Positions 26,052-36,444 of a stretch of 64,000 nt of DNA are shown piece by piece. Source of the stretch: Lobosporangium transversale (lineage: Eukaryota); the NCBI RefSeq assembly GCF_002105155.1, contig NW_019028990.1, positions 558,001 to 622,000 of the forward strand, given 5' to 3'. Within the stretch, counting starts at the first letter, position 1. The number at the start of each line of letters is the position of its first letter. The translations under genes and the position numbers were made by a program. Under the pieces are notes generated by a model that had not been told where the DNA came from, ran no database searches, and saw only the letters and a program-made list of their open reading frames with translations.

Positions 26052-27837
26052 GTATTATGGTCTAACCCAACAGTTCGAGAGGAGATAGTCCAATTGTTGG
26101 AACTAAACATGAGTACCAAGGGGGCTGCGGAGGACAAGATCCTTAGCCACAAGGGGATATTGTTGCAGGAGCTGTTTTCCTTGAAAGGATACAAGGACGT
26201 TGGACTGCAATCTGATGATGGCCCTAGAAGGAAACTACGGACATCGTTCTTTACAAACGGCCTTACCCTAACACTTCTTGCCTATGATACATCGAAGCAA
26301 AAAAGAGGTAGAGGTTCGCAAGCTGCCCAACCTTCGGATACTCAAAGATCTCAAGCAGTCCAGGCTTCTTCAAGTGCTCAGCAGGGATCCTCGTCTTCAG
26401 GCCATGGTGCAGGTGATGGTGGTGATGATGGAGACGACGACGGAAATGAAGATGACGATATCTTGCTGGGTATCAGCGATATTGACTTGCTCGAAGTTGA
26501 TGAACCATTCTTAGATGGCGAAGAGGGAGAAGAAGCAGCTGAAGAAGGTACATCGAGCACAAATCCACTGTTCCCGGTGAGTCCCAGTCCCCGGCGTGAG
26601 ATCAACTGGAAGCAGAGATCCCGTCTCCTCGAGAATGTAGAAGTTAAATATGACACCCAGGCAGCATGCCCTCCCCCCGAAAGTACCATTATCATTGGGA
26701 TCGATCCAGGCGAGAGGTACTCGATGACAATTGCAAAGTTGGATCCAAGGGAACCTAACGAACGTGAGATCCTCCGGATTTCTAGAGCGTACCTTTACAA
26801 ACCATCCAAGAAGTTTCAGGGCGAGCTAGAGAGGCGAAAGCTTAGAAGAGGAATTACAGAGATTGAAAGCAATATTCCGTCATTCTCAAGGCCTACTTTA
26901 ACACAGTATTCCGCTTATATGAGCTTGCGCTAAATCAAGCTCCATCAAGTACTGGAGGTAGTTTCTCTGGTAGTGGGGTTGGGGCCAGTAGAGCAGGGAC
27001 CGGTAGTAGCAGTGGAGTTGAGGCCAGTAGTAGCAGTGGATCTGGGACCAGTGACGACAATAGGGAGACTATATATAGGGCGCTTGTCGATTTCTATAAT
27101 GACGGGTGGTTTGTTCGGAATAGCTGGGATATTAGAAAAGCACAGAACGGATGCGTTGATTATGTGATCAAGGCAATTCTGAAGCTTGCGGGCGGAAGCA
27201 ATGGAAGAAGAAGAGATGCCAATACGAATGCGGTGATCTGTATTGGACTAGGATCATTCAAGACAAACCGAGGACAAGTATCGAAGCATGGGATATTGAT
27301 GAAGAAGCTTGTTGAAAAGGTAAAAAAAAAATCCCTTGATCAATGACATTCAATTTTTGAGTCTCTTTTTTAACGAGTATTAAATCTGGCTCGAACAGGC
27401 AAAATCTCTAGACTACCCCATTGTAGGTTGTCATGAATACTACACATCTGCCAAGTGTCCACGGCCTCACTGTGACAGTATATTGGAGAATGTTCCTTTT
27501 CGATCCAAGTACTGCCGAAATTGTAAAGCATACTTTGATCGAGATGCTGTTGGTGCTGAGAACATCGCAAGGGTCTGTGAGTCGCAGATAAGAGAGCAAA
27601 AACGACCTGCAAAATATATATATGCCGCCGGACGGAGGAACTCAAGGCCAAGCTTCTAGCGGTAGTGGCGGCGGTGGAGGTAGTGGTGGCAGTGGTGGCA
27701 GTGGTGGTGGTAGTAGCAGATCCACAAAAAGGAAATTTTCAGATGAAGGAGGAGGAGGAGTAGAGGGATCAAGACCACCGAAAGGGCCTTTGCTGGGTCC
27801 AGGAGGAGGGGGAGAGACAAGCCGACAACAACAGTAG
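26052..27837 (+). pseudogene. Fanzor1 (eukaryotic TnpB/Cas12-like RuvC nuclease), 5'-truncated and frameshifted, with one intron
   Basis: SFFTNGLTLTLLAYD; RuvC-I IIIGIDPGER (D at 26703); after a frameshift near 26920, LVDFYN..F.RNSWDIRKAQ...D.VIKAILKLAGGS and VICIGLGSF. GT-AG intron 27320-27398. Final exon IVGCHEYYTSAKCPRPHC...YCRNC...FDRDAVGAENI...RPAKY (E at 27435, D at 27543). Confidence 0.9.
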
Positions 27838-27854
27838 GACACAATCTACTACAA

Positions 27855-28042
27855 ACATGACTAGGTCCAGAAAGGCCTTCGTCTTAAAAAAATTGGTTTG
27901 ATAGTACTTTTTTTTCTTGGTTAATTTATTTATTTATTTATTTATTTCTGTGTTCTAATACATTTCTTCTTTTTACAATAGATGGAATGTCTCGTTTTTT
28001 AATGGGACGGACTATATTAATGCGTTTTAATAGGACGGACTA
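27855..28042 (+). ncRNA. Candidate Fanzor omegaRNA scaffold / transposon right end
   Basis: Lies directly 3' of the Fanzor ORF. Hairpin AGGTC-CAGAAA-GGCCT; CGTCTTAAAAAA can pair with TTTTTTAA(TGG)GACG; ends in two copies of TTTTAAT(G/A)GGACGGACTA. Assignment is inferred from position. Confidence 0.45.
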
Positions 28043-28463
28043 TCCCTTGAACCGTAATAAGGGCAAATATGCCCTTATAACCTTATTCTACCCACAATGT
28101 ACTGTATTTAGTTTTCTCGAAAAGTTATTAAGTCACGGTCACCCCTTTCCTAAGCCAGATCGAAAGTACGCAAAAAATTACATCGGCTTGGCAACTCATT
28201 CATTCTTTTTATCGCCATTCTCGTAAAGCAGAGCCCAATATATTCCTATTCTAAAATGATTATTGAATTGATTTTGTGGCTTTTATTTTTGATGACGGGC
28301 TTATTACAGGCAAACTTATTTAACATTTGAAAGGCGCTATTGGCTGCAAAGCCTGCAATACATTCGAAGGTTACTCAAAAAATATATAATGTACCACCAT
28401 AAATGTTACATTGGTCCACTACGGCATTTTTATAAGGGCAAATATGCCTTACGGTTTAAGGGA
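28043..28463. mobile_element. MITE (about 420 bp) with TA target-site duplication, inserted at the putative Fanzor element end
   Basis: Left TA|TCCCTTGAACCGTAATAAGGGCAAATATGCCCTTATA; reverse complement of right TA|TCCCTTAAACCGTAAGGCATATTTGCCCTTATA. Confidence 0.8.
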
Positions 28464-28465
28464 TA

Positions 28466-29168
28466 GAATTAATCTATTTGACAACCCGGGTTGTCACTCT
28501 TATTTGACAACCCCCCCCTTAATTATTTTTCTCAATTTTTTTTCTTTGCGTGACAACCCGGGGTTGCCAAATAGTAAAATATCTAATTTGACAACCCCAA
28601 GCTCACTATTATTTGACAACCCTTTTTTATTGGCAAGATTATTATGTGAAAATCGTTTCTATTGCTATCCCTCAGCAACATGAAATCCCTCCAGCAATCT
28701 AAAAGCTTCCATCAAATAACAAACTTTTTTTTTTTGGTTACGAGGTTTTTTATTACAACTGATTTCTAAAACAAGGGTTTGCTTTTATAGAAAATGTGCC
28801 TATACGGGTAACATGCACTAAGGGGTTTTTTTGGATAAATAAGCATGCATAAATTCGGAGTGGTTATGCGACGCTTGATGGCGCATGCGTAAGACGCGGA
28901 AAGGAAAAAAAAGAGAGACAGAAGAAGCTATAACCACAGTCATGATAATGGAGTGTTGCCACCATTTTAGAAATCCAGCTGAGAAAGGTCCTCCATAAGT
29001 ACAAGAGGGTGAAGACTTGTCATGTGACAGGTTGAAAAAGACAATTTTTCTTCTTTTTTTGACAACCCGGGTTGTCAAATAACAAAAAAGTGAAAATTGA
29101 AGACCTGGGTTGCCAAATAAGCCGGTGTGACTGCTAAATTAGGGGGGGGTTGTCAAATAGATTCACCC
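28466..29168. mobile_element. Non-autonomous Mutator-like (MULE) element, 703 bp
   Basis: Exact 9-bp TSD TAAGGGATA at 28457-28465 and 29169-29177. TIR core AATCTATTTGACAACCC at both ends; multiple internal TGACAACCC / GGGTTG(T/C)CA motifs. Confidence 0.85.
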
Positions 29169-29247
29169 TAAGGGATAAGAATAAAGCCAATTTTGATCTC
29201 CACGTGACACAACACAAGCCTCAAAAAAGAAAAATCATACACAAACA

Positions 29248-30360
29248 GTGGCTTGATGCTCAATTGAGATGACGGCCATTTGACCCTGGAGCATTATATT
29301 TGACATAGTTTTATTGACAGGCTAGCGCTCACAATCAGAAGCAAAAAAAAAATCATCTCTTGATTGCATTTGTTTCAAGCATCTCGTCGACGTGCTCAAA
29401 ATGACTGGTACTTTTCGAAGATCTCCTTGGGCTCTGGGCTCATGACAAAGAGCGTAGAAAGGGTATTATTCTCATCATAGGCGACGTCATAGAACCACTT
29501 GTTGGTTGCTAGGTCCTGCATCGCGCCTGGAAAAGAGCCGAAGCCCCCGCGATCTTTTCGATCTTGCAGCATAACTAGGTTCTGTATATCACAAGTAGTT
29601 AGAATACTACCCCAAGGTTGGGCCTGATATAGCTGGACAATCTCTTTGGGTTTGACGCCGTAATGATAACAATCGAGAATCCACTTATTATCTTCTTCAG
29701 GCCTTCGTTGAGCGATAAGACTGGTATGAAGATCACCGAGCGCGTGGTTGTGTACAAGCAAATGTTATTGGGCTTGAATGATTCGCCTTGCCGTGTGACA
29801 TGGATGAAAAAAGGGCAATCATTAAGTTTCGAGCCTACATTCTGACGAATCAGATCTTTACCATCAGTAATGAGGTTGGTTCGGTACTTACCACCATAGG
29901 CACATGCCAAATGTATGAACTTGGCTGAACAAGAGCGAGTCTTGAGGGCAAATCCGTACGCCAATGCGATTTGCATGTAATAATTCTTTGCCGCAATCGA
30001 GGTCTCGAATTCTTATCATTCAAAATATCTGACATATCAATTTCGATAGCTTTCAAAGATTGATTATCATTATTTTCTGTAACACCGTCGGAGTCAGCAA
30101 TAGGCTCCCATGATCAGAGCCAATAGTTGCTAAATCGACCGGATTGGGGGGCGTTGCTTCTGGGGCAGTAGCGCCTAACAGCTTGAAGCCAAGATCCGAC
30201 ACTGTTAAGTCATCGCTCAATACGCTGGTGGTGTCGAGGTCTGGCATAGCTGCAATGAAAATTACCGAAGTGGAGAAGGAATATGTAAAAAAAAAAACAA
30301 TTTGGGGCAATGTTCGTCAATTGAGATGTCTGACCACAGCCTCAAGCCACCTACACCCCT
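29248..30360 (-). mobile_element. MULE/FAR1-type transposase remnant (N-terminal WRKY-GCM1-like domain) with degenerate TIRs
   Basis: AYGFAL...LACAYGGKYR...SKLNDCPF...HNH and WFYDV...LSTLFVMSPE over several frames. GTGGCTTGA(T/G)GCT..CAATTGA is inverted at about 29248 and 30350. Confidence 0.75.
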
Positions 30361-30389
30361 TAATGTATATACAGTTTTTTTTTGTGTAC

Positions 30390-30421
<32 letters not shown>

Positions 30422-30539
30422 ATGAACCTTTCAACACAAGGGTTCATTCTTCACAGCAGCTTTGCTTTTTTTCTTTTTTTTTTCTTTTTTTTTTTTTTTT
30501 TTTGGCTTCCTACCTACCTTTTTCATATTCCAAACGGCA

Positions 30540-33025
30540 ATGGCAGACAACGACACCACTGAGTTTAGCGCTGATAACGTTGATACAAATATTACATTTG
30601 CAGACCTTGGATTGGACGACAGGCTTCTGCGAGGTCTCGCGAAACTCAACTTTACAAAACCTACACCTGTACAGGCAAAGTCTATCCCGCTTGCTTTGGC
30701 TGGCAAAGATATTTTAGCCAAAGCAAGGACAGGAAGCGGAAAAACAGCTGCCTTTATGCTGCCGCTTATTCATAAGATTTTAGCTGCCAAAGATGTATGG
30801 TTTTGTTAAATTATTTTGTCTCGTTTTTATTTGACTAATTACATCAATCAAGGGTTACTCTGCTCAAAGATCAATATTAACAATATATATTGCTATATGC
30901 AATGTAATACCTTGAGTCGTTTTTAGGCCTTACCCACCAACTCCCCTGAAACTACTGCAACTCGAGGACTGGTCCTTGTGCCTACTGTTGAATTAGCAGG
31001 ACAAGTCACAGCCTTTACCAACAACATTCTCCTCTTCTGTGGCCGTGCTGTGAATGTGCTCAACATTGCTGGAAAACAGAATGACAAAGTTCAACAGTAA
31101 GCTTCTTATTCATTTGACCACATATTGCCAATCTTTATTACATTTATCTCACAACTCAGATTCATTTTTTTTCCCTCTTTCCCCTAGGCCTCTATTGGCG
31201 ACACAGCCCGATATTATTGTTGCAACACCCTCCAGGATCCTTGCACAATTAAAGATAAATGCTGTGGATCTGAAAACACATTTCCAAACATTAGTCATTG
31301 ACGAGGCAGATCTAGTCTGCAATTACGATTATCAGGAGGATGTCAAGGAACTATTGACGTTCCTTCCAAAGATTTATCAGAGTTTTCTTATGTCAGCTAC
31401 ATTGGGAGATGATGTCGATTCACTCAAACAATTGGTTCTACGTTCACCAGCAGTCTTGAAGATGGAGGACAAAACAATGGATTCATCCTGGGACAATTTG
31501 AAACAACTCTACACGGTCTGCACAGAGACAGACAAATACTTGATTCTATATGTATTGTTGAAGCTCAAGTTACTGAAGGGCAAATGCATCATCTTTGTGA
31601 ATGACATTGAACGTTGCTACCGCCTGAAATTGTTCTTGGAGCAGTTCTCGATCCCCAGTGTAGTTTTGAACTCGGAACTTCCTTTGAACTCGCGTGTACA
31701 TATCGTGGAAGAATTCAACAAAGGAAAATATGATTACATGATTGCCACGGATGAGAGTGGACTCAAGGGCGAGAAGGAGGAAGGCGAGAAGGAGGAAGAC
31801 GAGTCTATTAAGGTAATTAAGGAAGGAGAAGAGGAGGATGGGGATGAGCAAGATGAAGGCGAAGACGATAAAGAGGAGGAGGGAGAAGAAGATAATATTC
31901 CAGAAGGTGAGATTGAGATGGAATTAGATGGACTAGACGGCGAGGATCTTGATGGAAGTGAGGATGAGATGGAGGTTATGATGAGAGCAAGTGATAATGA
32001 TGAGGATGAGGATGAAGCGACTGCGCTTGAAGAAATGGGTGAAAAGTCAACCACTAGCTCTAAGAAGCGGAAACAACCTGAAGAAGATGCAAAGTCTGAG
32101 TCAACTACAAATGCTACTGGATCAACAAAATCCAAAAAGAAGCTGGGACCCAAGAAGGATCAGGAATATGGTGTCTCGCGCGGTATTGACTTTGTGAATG
32201 TCGCTGCAGTCGTCAACTTTGATTTCCCACCAACAGCAAAATCATATACACATCGTGTGGGACGTACGGCCCGTGGTGGTCAAATGGGTACTAGCTTGAG
32301 CTTTGTAGTCACAGCAGAGCAAAAGGAAAAGGCCCTCAAGGCTAGTCAAATTGCTGGAGGTGGAGGTTGGGCTCATTTGCAAGGCAATGACGAGGCTGTC
32401 TTCAATCGGGTTATGAAGCAACAAACTGGTATGCTTGTCTATCATGAAAGTAATGTCAGCTCACAAGTAAATGATTGTTGATTGAGATGAATACTAATTG
32501 TCAATCTGCTATTTATTAATTCATTTACCTAAATGGTCAATAGCTGCAGGATGCATAATCAATCCTTATACCATTCCTATGCAACAGCTTGCAGGCTTTA
32601 GGTATCGTATGGATGATGCCATGCGCGCTATCACTAAGAGTTCGATTCGTGAAGCCCGCTTGAAGGAACTCAAGGCAGAGATGCTTAATTCTGAGAAACT
32701 TCGAGCTCATTTTGAAGACAAGCCCAAGGACTTAGAGTTTTTGCGTCATGACAAGACACTACACCCAACACGGGTACAGCCCCATATGAAGCATGTCCCC
32801 GAATATATGATGCCCAGGGTACAGGCAGTGTCTACAGAAAAGGTTGGAGAGACTTCTCTGGGTCTGGGACCAGTGACATACAAGAAGAAGCCTCAAAACT
32901 CTGTAAGGAAAGCTCGGCAGAACAAGGGCAAGGGTGCTCATGGAGGTGGTAAAAAGAACGACCCACTCAAGAAGTTCAGTTTTGGAGGTGGAAACAAGAA
33001 TGGAAAGAGACAAAAGACTGCATAG
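30540..33025 (+). CDS. DBP9: ATP-dependent DEAD-box RNA helicase DBP9/DDX56
   Basis: Q motif, [33 protein letters not shown] and LRHDK; multi-exon. Confidence 0.93.
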
Positions 33026-33034
33026 AGAAAACCA

Positions 33035-33068
<34 letters not shown>

Positions 33069-34078
33069 CATTTCTGGCATTTCATCTACTATCTAATAAA
33101 CTCTATTAAGCATATTATACTTTATTAATTTGGCTGGAGAAAGTCTTGGCCGTACTTTTGAATAGCTCGATTTGCATACTCAATGCAGCTGAAAATCCAA
33201 CTGCATCACGTCGCCGATCACGATCAATCAACCCCTAATCTTACTCCATTCTAAAAAAGATAGGTTTTTATGCCCGTATAAAATGTCTTGTCTGGTTTCT
33301 CGCAACAGGCTCGTGAAGTCTTCGATTACCTCCTTCTCCGTAGCGTTGAATCTCCTAGGAGGGTTCTGGGCGAGAATCTGAAAGCGGGCATGCGTCTCTA
33401 CCCCTGTCCTTGTCTTCTTTTTTCAATTTCCACATCAGTTTCTGACGTGCAGACAATCAACTGCACTATTTGCTTTTTAAATTCTTCTTCAACGTTGATG
33501 GCTTTCTGTATTTCAACACATTCCCCTCGGCAAATCAGGAGACAGGTCATAGGCACCATGTGTTGGGTGCCGTAAAGACGAAGCCCCAGCTGTTCGGAGT
33601 ACAGTGCCGCAATATAACCTTGATCTTATCCGAGCGCCACTTTCTTTTGTGCTCTTTTATGTCCTAAGAGTCCTACACTTGGACTCGAATGTACAGTGAA
33701 GGCCATAGAGCATTATTGTGATTGTTTAGGCATTTTGATATATCATATACGAATGGAATATGAGAAAGAGAGATTGTTTAGTGCACGCAATGACAAGTAA
33801 ATAATAATAAAAGAAACTACAAGGGCAAGGACGAGTTCGCCTAGAGACCCAAAATACGCAATATCGTTTTAATCTAAAACTATCTCTCTCAATAAACCAA
33901 CAACTACAATAATTTATAGTTATTATAATTGATGCAGATACAAGAAAAGTGGTAAGGAAACATATAGGAAAGATAAAACGTCTGCAGTTGAAGGTGCAAA
34001 TTACTGGATAGTGATGACTTCTTGGCAGTTGAAAAGAATATCTCGGCCAACGTATTATCGTTGAAGACTTTTAATTTG

Positions 34079-34109
<31 letters not shown>

Positions 34110-34191
34110 GCCAGTCTAAGACCCTGATTGATCATTCATCGTCACTATCCTTGTCTATGAGCTTTCTTTTTGCCGCTGTTTTACCCCTATC

Positions 34192-34430
34192 TCAATCCCT
34201 GTCCCTACCTCGATCTCTGTCCCTATCTCGGTCTCGGCCTCTATCTCTGTCTCTGTCCCTGTCTCTATCTCTGTCTCTGTCCTTGTCTCGATCTCTTTCC
34301 CTATCCCGCCCTCTGTCCTTATCTCGACTCCTGTCCTTGTCTCGATCTCTATCCCTATCTCGACTCCTGTCCTTATCTCGATCTCTGCCCCTATCTCGGT
34401 CTTTATCCCTTTGCTTATCCTTATCTCTGT
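34192..34430. repeat. Hexamer-based Arg-Asp dipeptide coding repeat
   Basis: Degenerate TCTCTG/TCTATC/TCTCGA units; RDRDKDRDR translation on the minus strand. Confidence 0.9.
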
Positions 34431-35275
34431 CTGAAGAGTGTGATCGAGATTTATCTGGTATCTTTCCCTTCTTTAAATCTGATAAATATTGACGGAAAAT
34501 CGATTCTCGCAAGGACCCTGGCTTTAAACCCAGGAACCGCGGGTCCACTCTGTATTTCGTCATAAAATCCAGCCAAGTGGATGTCTTTGTAGTATACTCT
34601 TCCACCAGTCGCCTATATATATCCTCAGGCTTTGTAGAACTTGACGAAGTTGTGGTCGTTGTGGAATGCGAACTGGATTGATGAGAAGATTGTCGATCTC
34701 TTCCCTTCTTTTCTCTTTCTTTTCTCTCTTCCTCCTCCTTTTCTTTCGCCTCTTTTTCCTTGGCCTCTCTGAGTTCCTTAGCCCGGATTACACAAAAACT
34801 CTCAAACAAGGCTTCACGAACCTTTCTTTCCGGAATGAGATACATGCGTGGGTCTCGTTCAATTTTAGCAGATGCCTTTTCCCACGTGTCATATGGAGTG
34901 ACCCCACGATCACGCATCATCTCCAAATAGGCCATCTCTCTTTCCTGAATATTGTCAGGCGAGATCTCCATTCTCGTATGTGCCTGCCGTTCGGACGCAG
35001 ATGGGTGTGCCGTTCCTGCTGATGACTCAGCTCCTTGCTGAAGCATACGGAGCCGCTGCTCCAAAGCTTCATCTTCTTCTTCTTCTTCATCGCCTCCTTC
35101 ATCTTGACTTGCCATATGTTGATCTGGATCACCTTCATCCATTTCGCCTTCCATCGCTGCCAACTGCCATGCTATATCATCTTCTGTCATCCTAGAAATG
35201 AACCAGAGTATTTTTGATTATAAGGAGTCAAATGGTGTTAAAACATGAAAGCCTATTTTCCCAATCAATTGTCCG

Positions 35276-35315
<40 letters not shown>

Positions 35316-36130
35316 ATACTCTGTGCCGGCTGCTGCTTGGTCATCCGCTCCGTTTTTCAACTTCTTCTCGCCTCCAGAGCCATCAACACCGCCATCATTG
35401 GGTCGCTTGAGTGTCAAAAGCCGCTGCTCCTCCTCTGCTTGCGCTTTCCGTTCTGCTTCCAACTTCTCTGTTTCGGCTTGTCCCATTTTGACGAGAATCT
35501 GCTCCAACTCAGGATTAGGCACCCATATAGAGATCTTGGTTTCCTTGTTATAGAAAAAAATGTTTTCCAGATTGGTCACAACAATGAACCATGGAGACTC
35601 CAACACCTGTGTCCTGGGAAAGAGATGAGAAAAAAAAAAAAAAAAAAAAAAAAAAAACAAGTTAGCAATACTATATAATTTGTTGTTGATCTATCGTCAA
35701 CATTCATGACAAAAAGCATTCCTTACTTTTTAATCGCCTTTTCTTTTTTGACCTTTTTGGATTTTTTTGCTTTTCCATTGCCATCGCCAGCATTAGTCTC
35801 TGCTGGTTTACTTGGTTCTATAGATGCAGGCGGGGGGGCAACGCCCGGCGGATACAATGGTTGCTGACTGTTAGGTGGATAATAAGACACACCAGGTGGG
35901 GGTGGTATTCCGGAGGGTGCTGGTCCCTGTGGTAAAGGAGGACCCATCGTAGGTCTGATCCATGAGCTCTGTCCGGAGGCCGAGTTATAGTAATATGCCA
36001 TGCCGTCAGGCGCCTTATGCTCAGTCCATCCTGGCGGCAGTAAGTTTGGAGGGGGTGGATGAAATGTTCCGGGAGGAGGAGGTGGTGGATGTCCAAACGG
36101 TCCTGCCATAGGCCCTCCACCTGACACTGG

Positions 36131-36164
<34 letters not shown>

Positions 36165-36277
36165 GACATTGGCATTGGTTGTCCTGGTAGCCCGCCAGAA
36201 GAGTAGCCACTATTGAAGTAGGGCGGCCCCGGCGGCCCCGGTGGTCCTGGTAGTCCTGGTCCTGGAGCGGAATTCAT
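34192..36277 (-). CDS. WW/FF-domain transcription-splicing factor (TCERG1/CA150-like) with Arg-Asp tail
   Basis: WW motifs LPPGWTEHKAPDGMAYYYN...SSWIRP and PWFIV...FFYN...SIW.P; MTEDDIAWQL; FF-like repeats; RD dipeptide tail. Three exons. Confidence 0.85.
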
Positions 36278-36444
36278 GGTGCAAAGAAAAAAGGCTGAGC
36301 AATTTACATGGAATACCTTTCCTTGACGGATATGTTCCGGACTGCTTTTAACATCCAAAAAAACAACCCTTTTTTTACATTTCATTCTTATTCATTTGCA
36401 ATACTCGCTACACCACCAACTCATACAGACACAAATACTTCTCT

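Noticed and set aside
27989..29168. CRISPR-like repeat-spacer array next to the RuvC nuclease
   Set aside because: Repeats are short, irregularly spaced and in both orientations; TIR/TSD structure explains them as transposon ends.
33150..33700. Decayed coding-like sequence on the minus strand between DBP9 and the TCERG1-like gene
   Set aside because: Short interrupted frames with no identifiable family.
34156..34194. Read-through or premature TGA in the RD repeat
   Set aside because: TGA may derive from CGA, but it removes only about 12 residues; no evidence of recoding.
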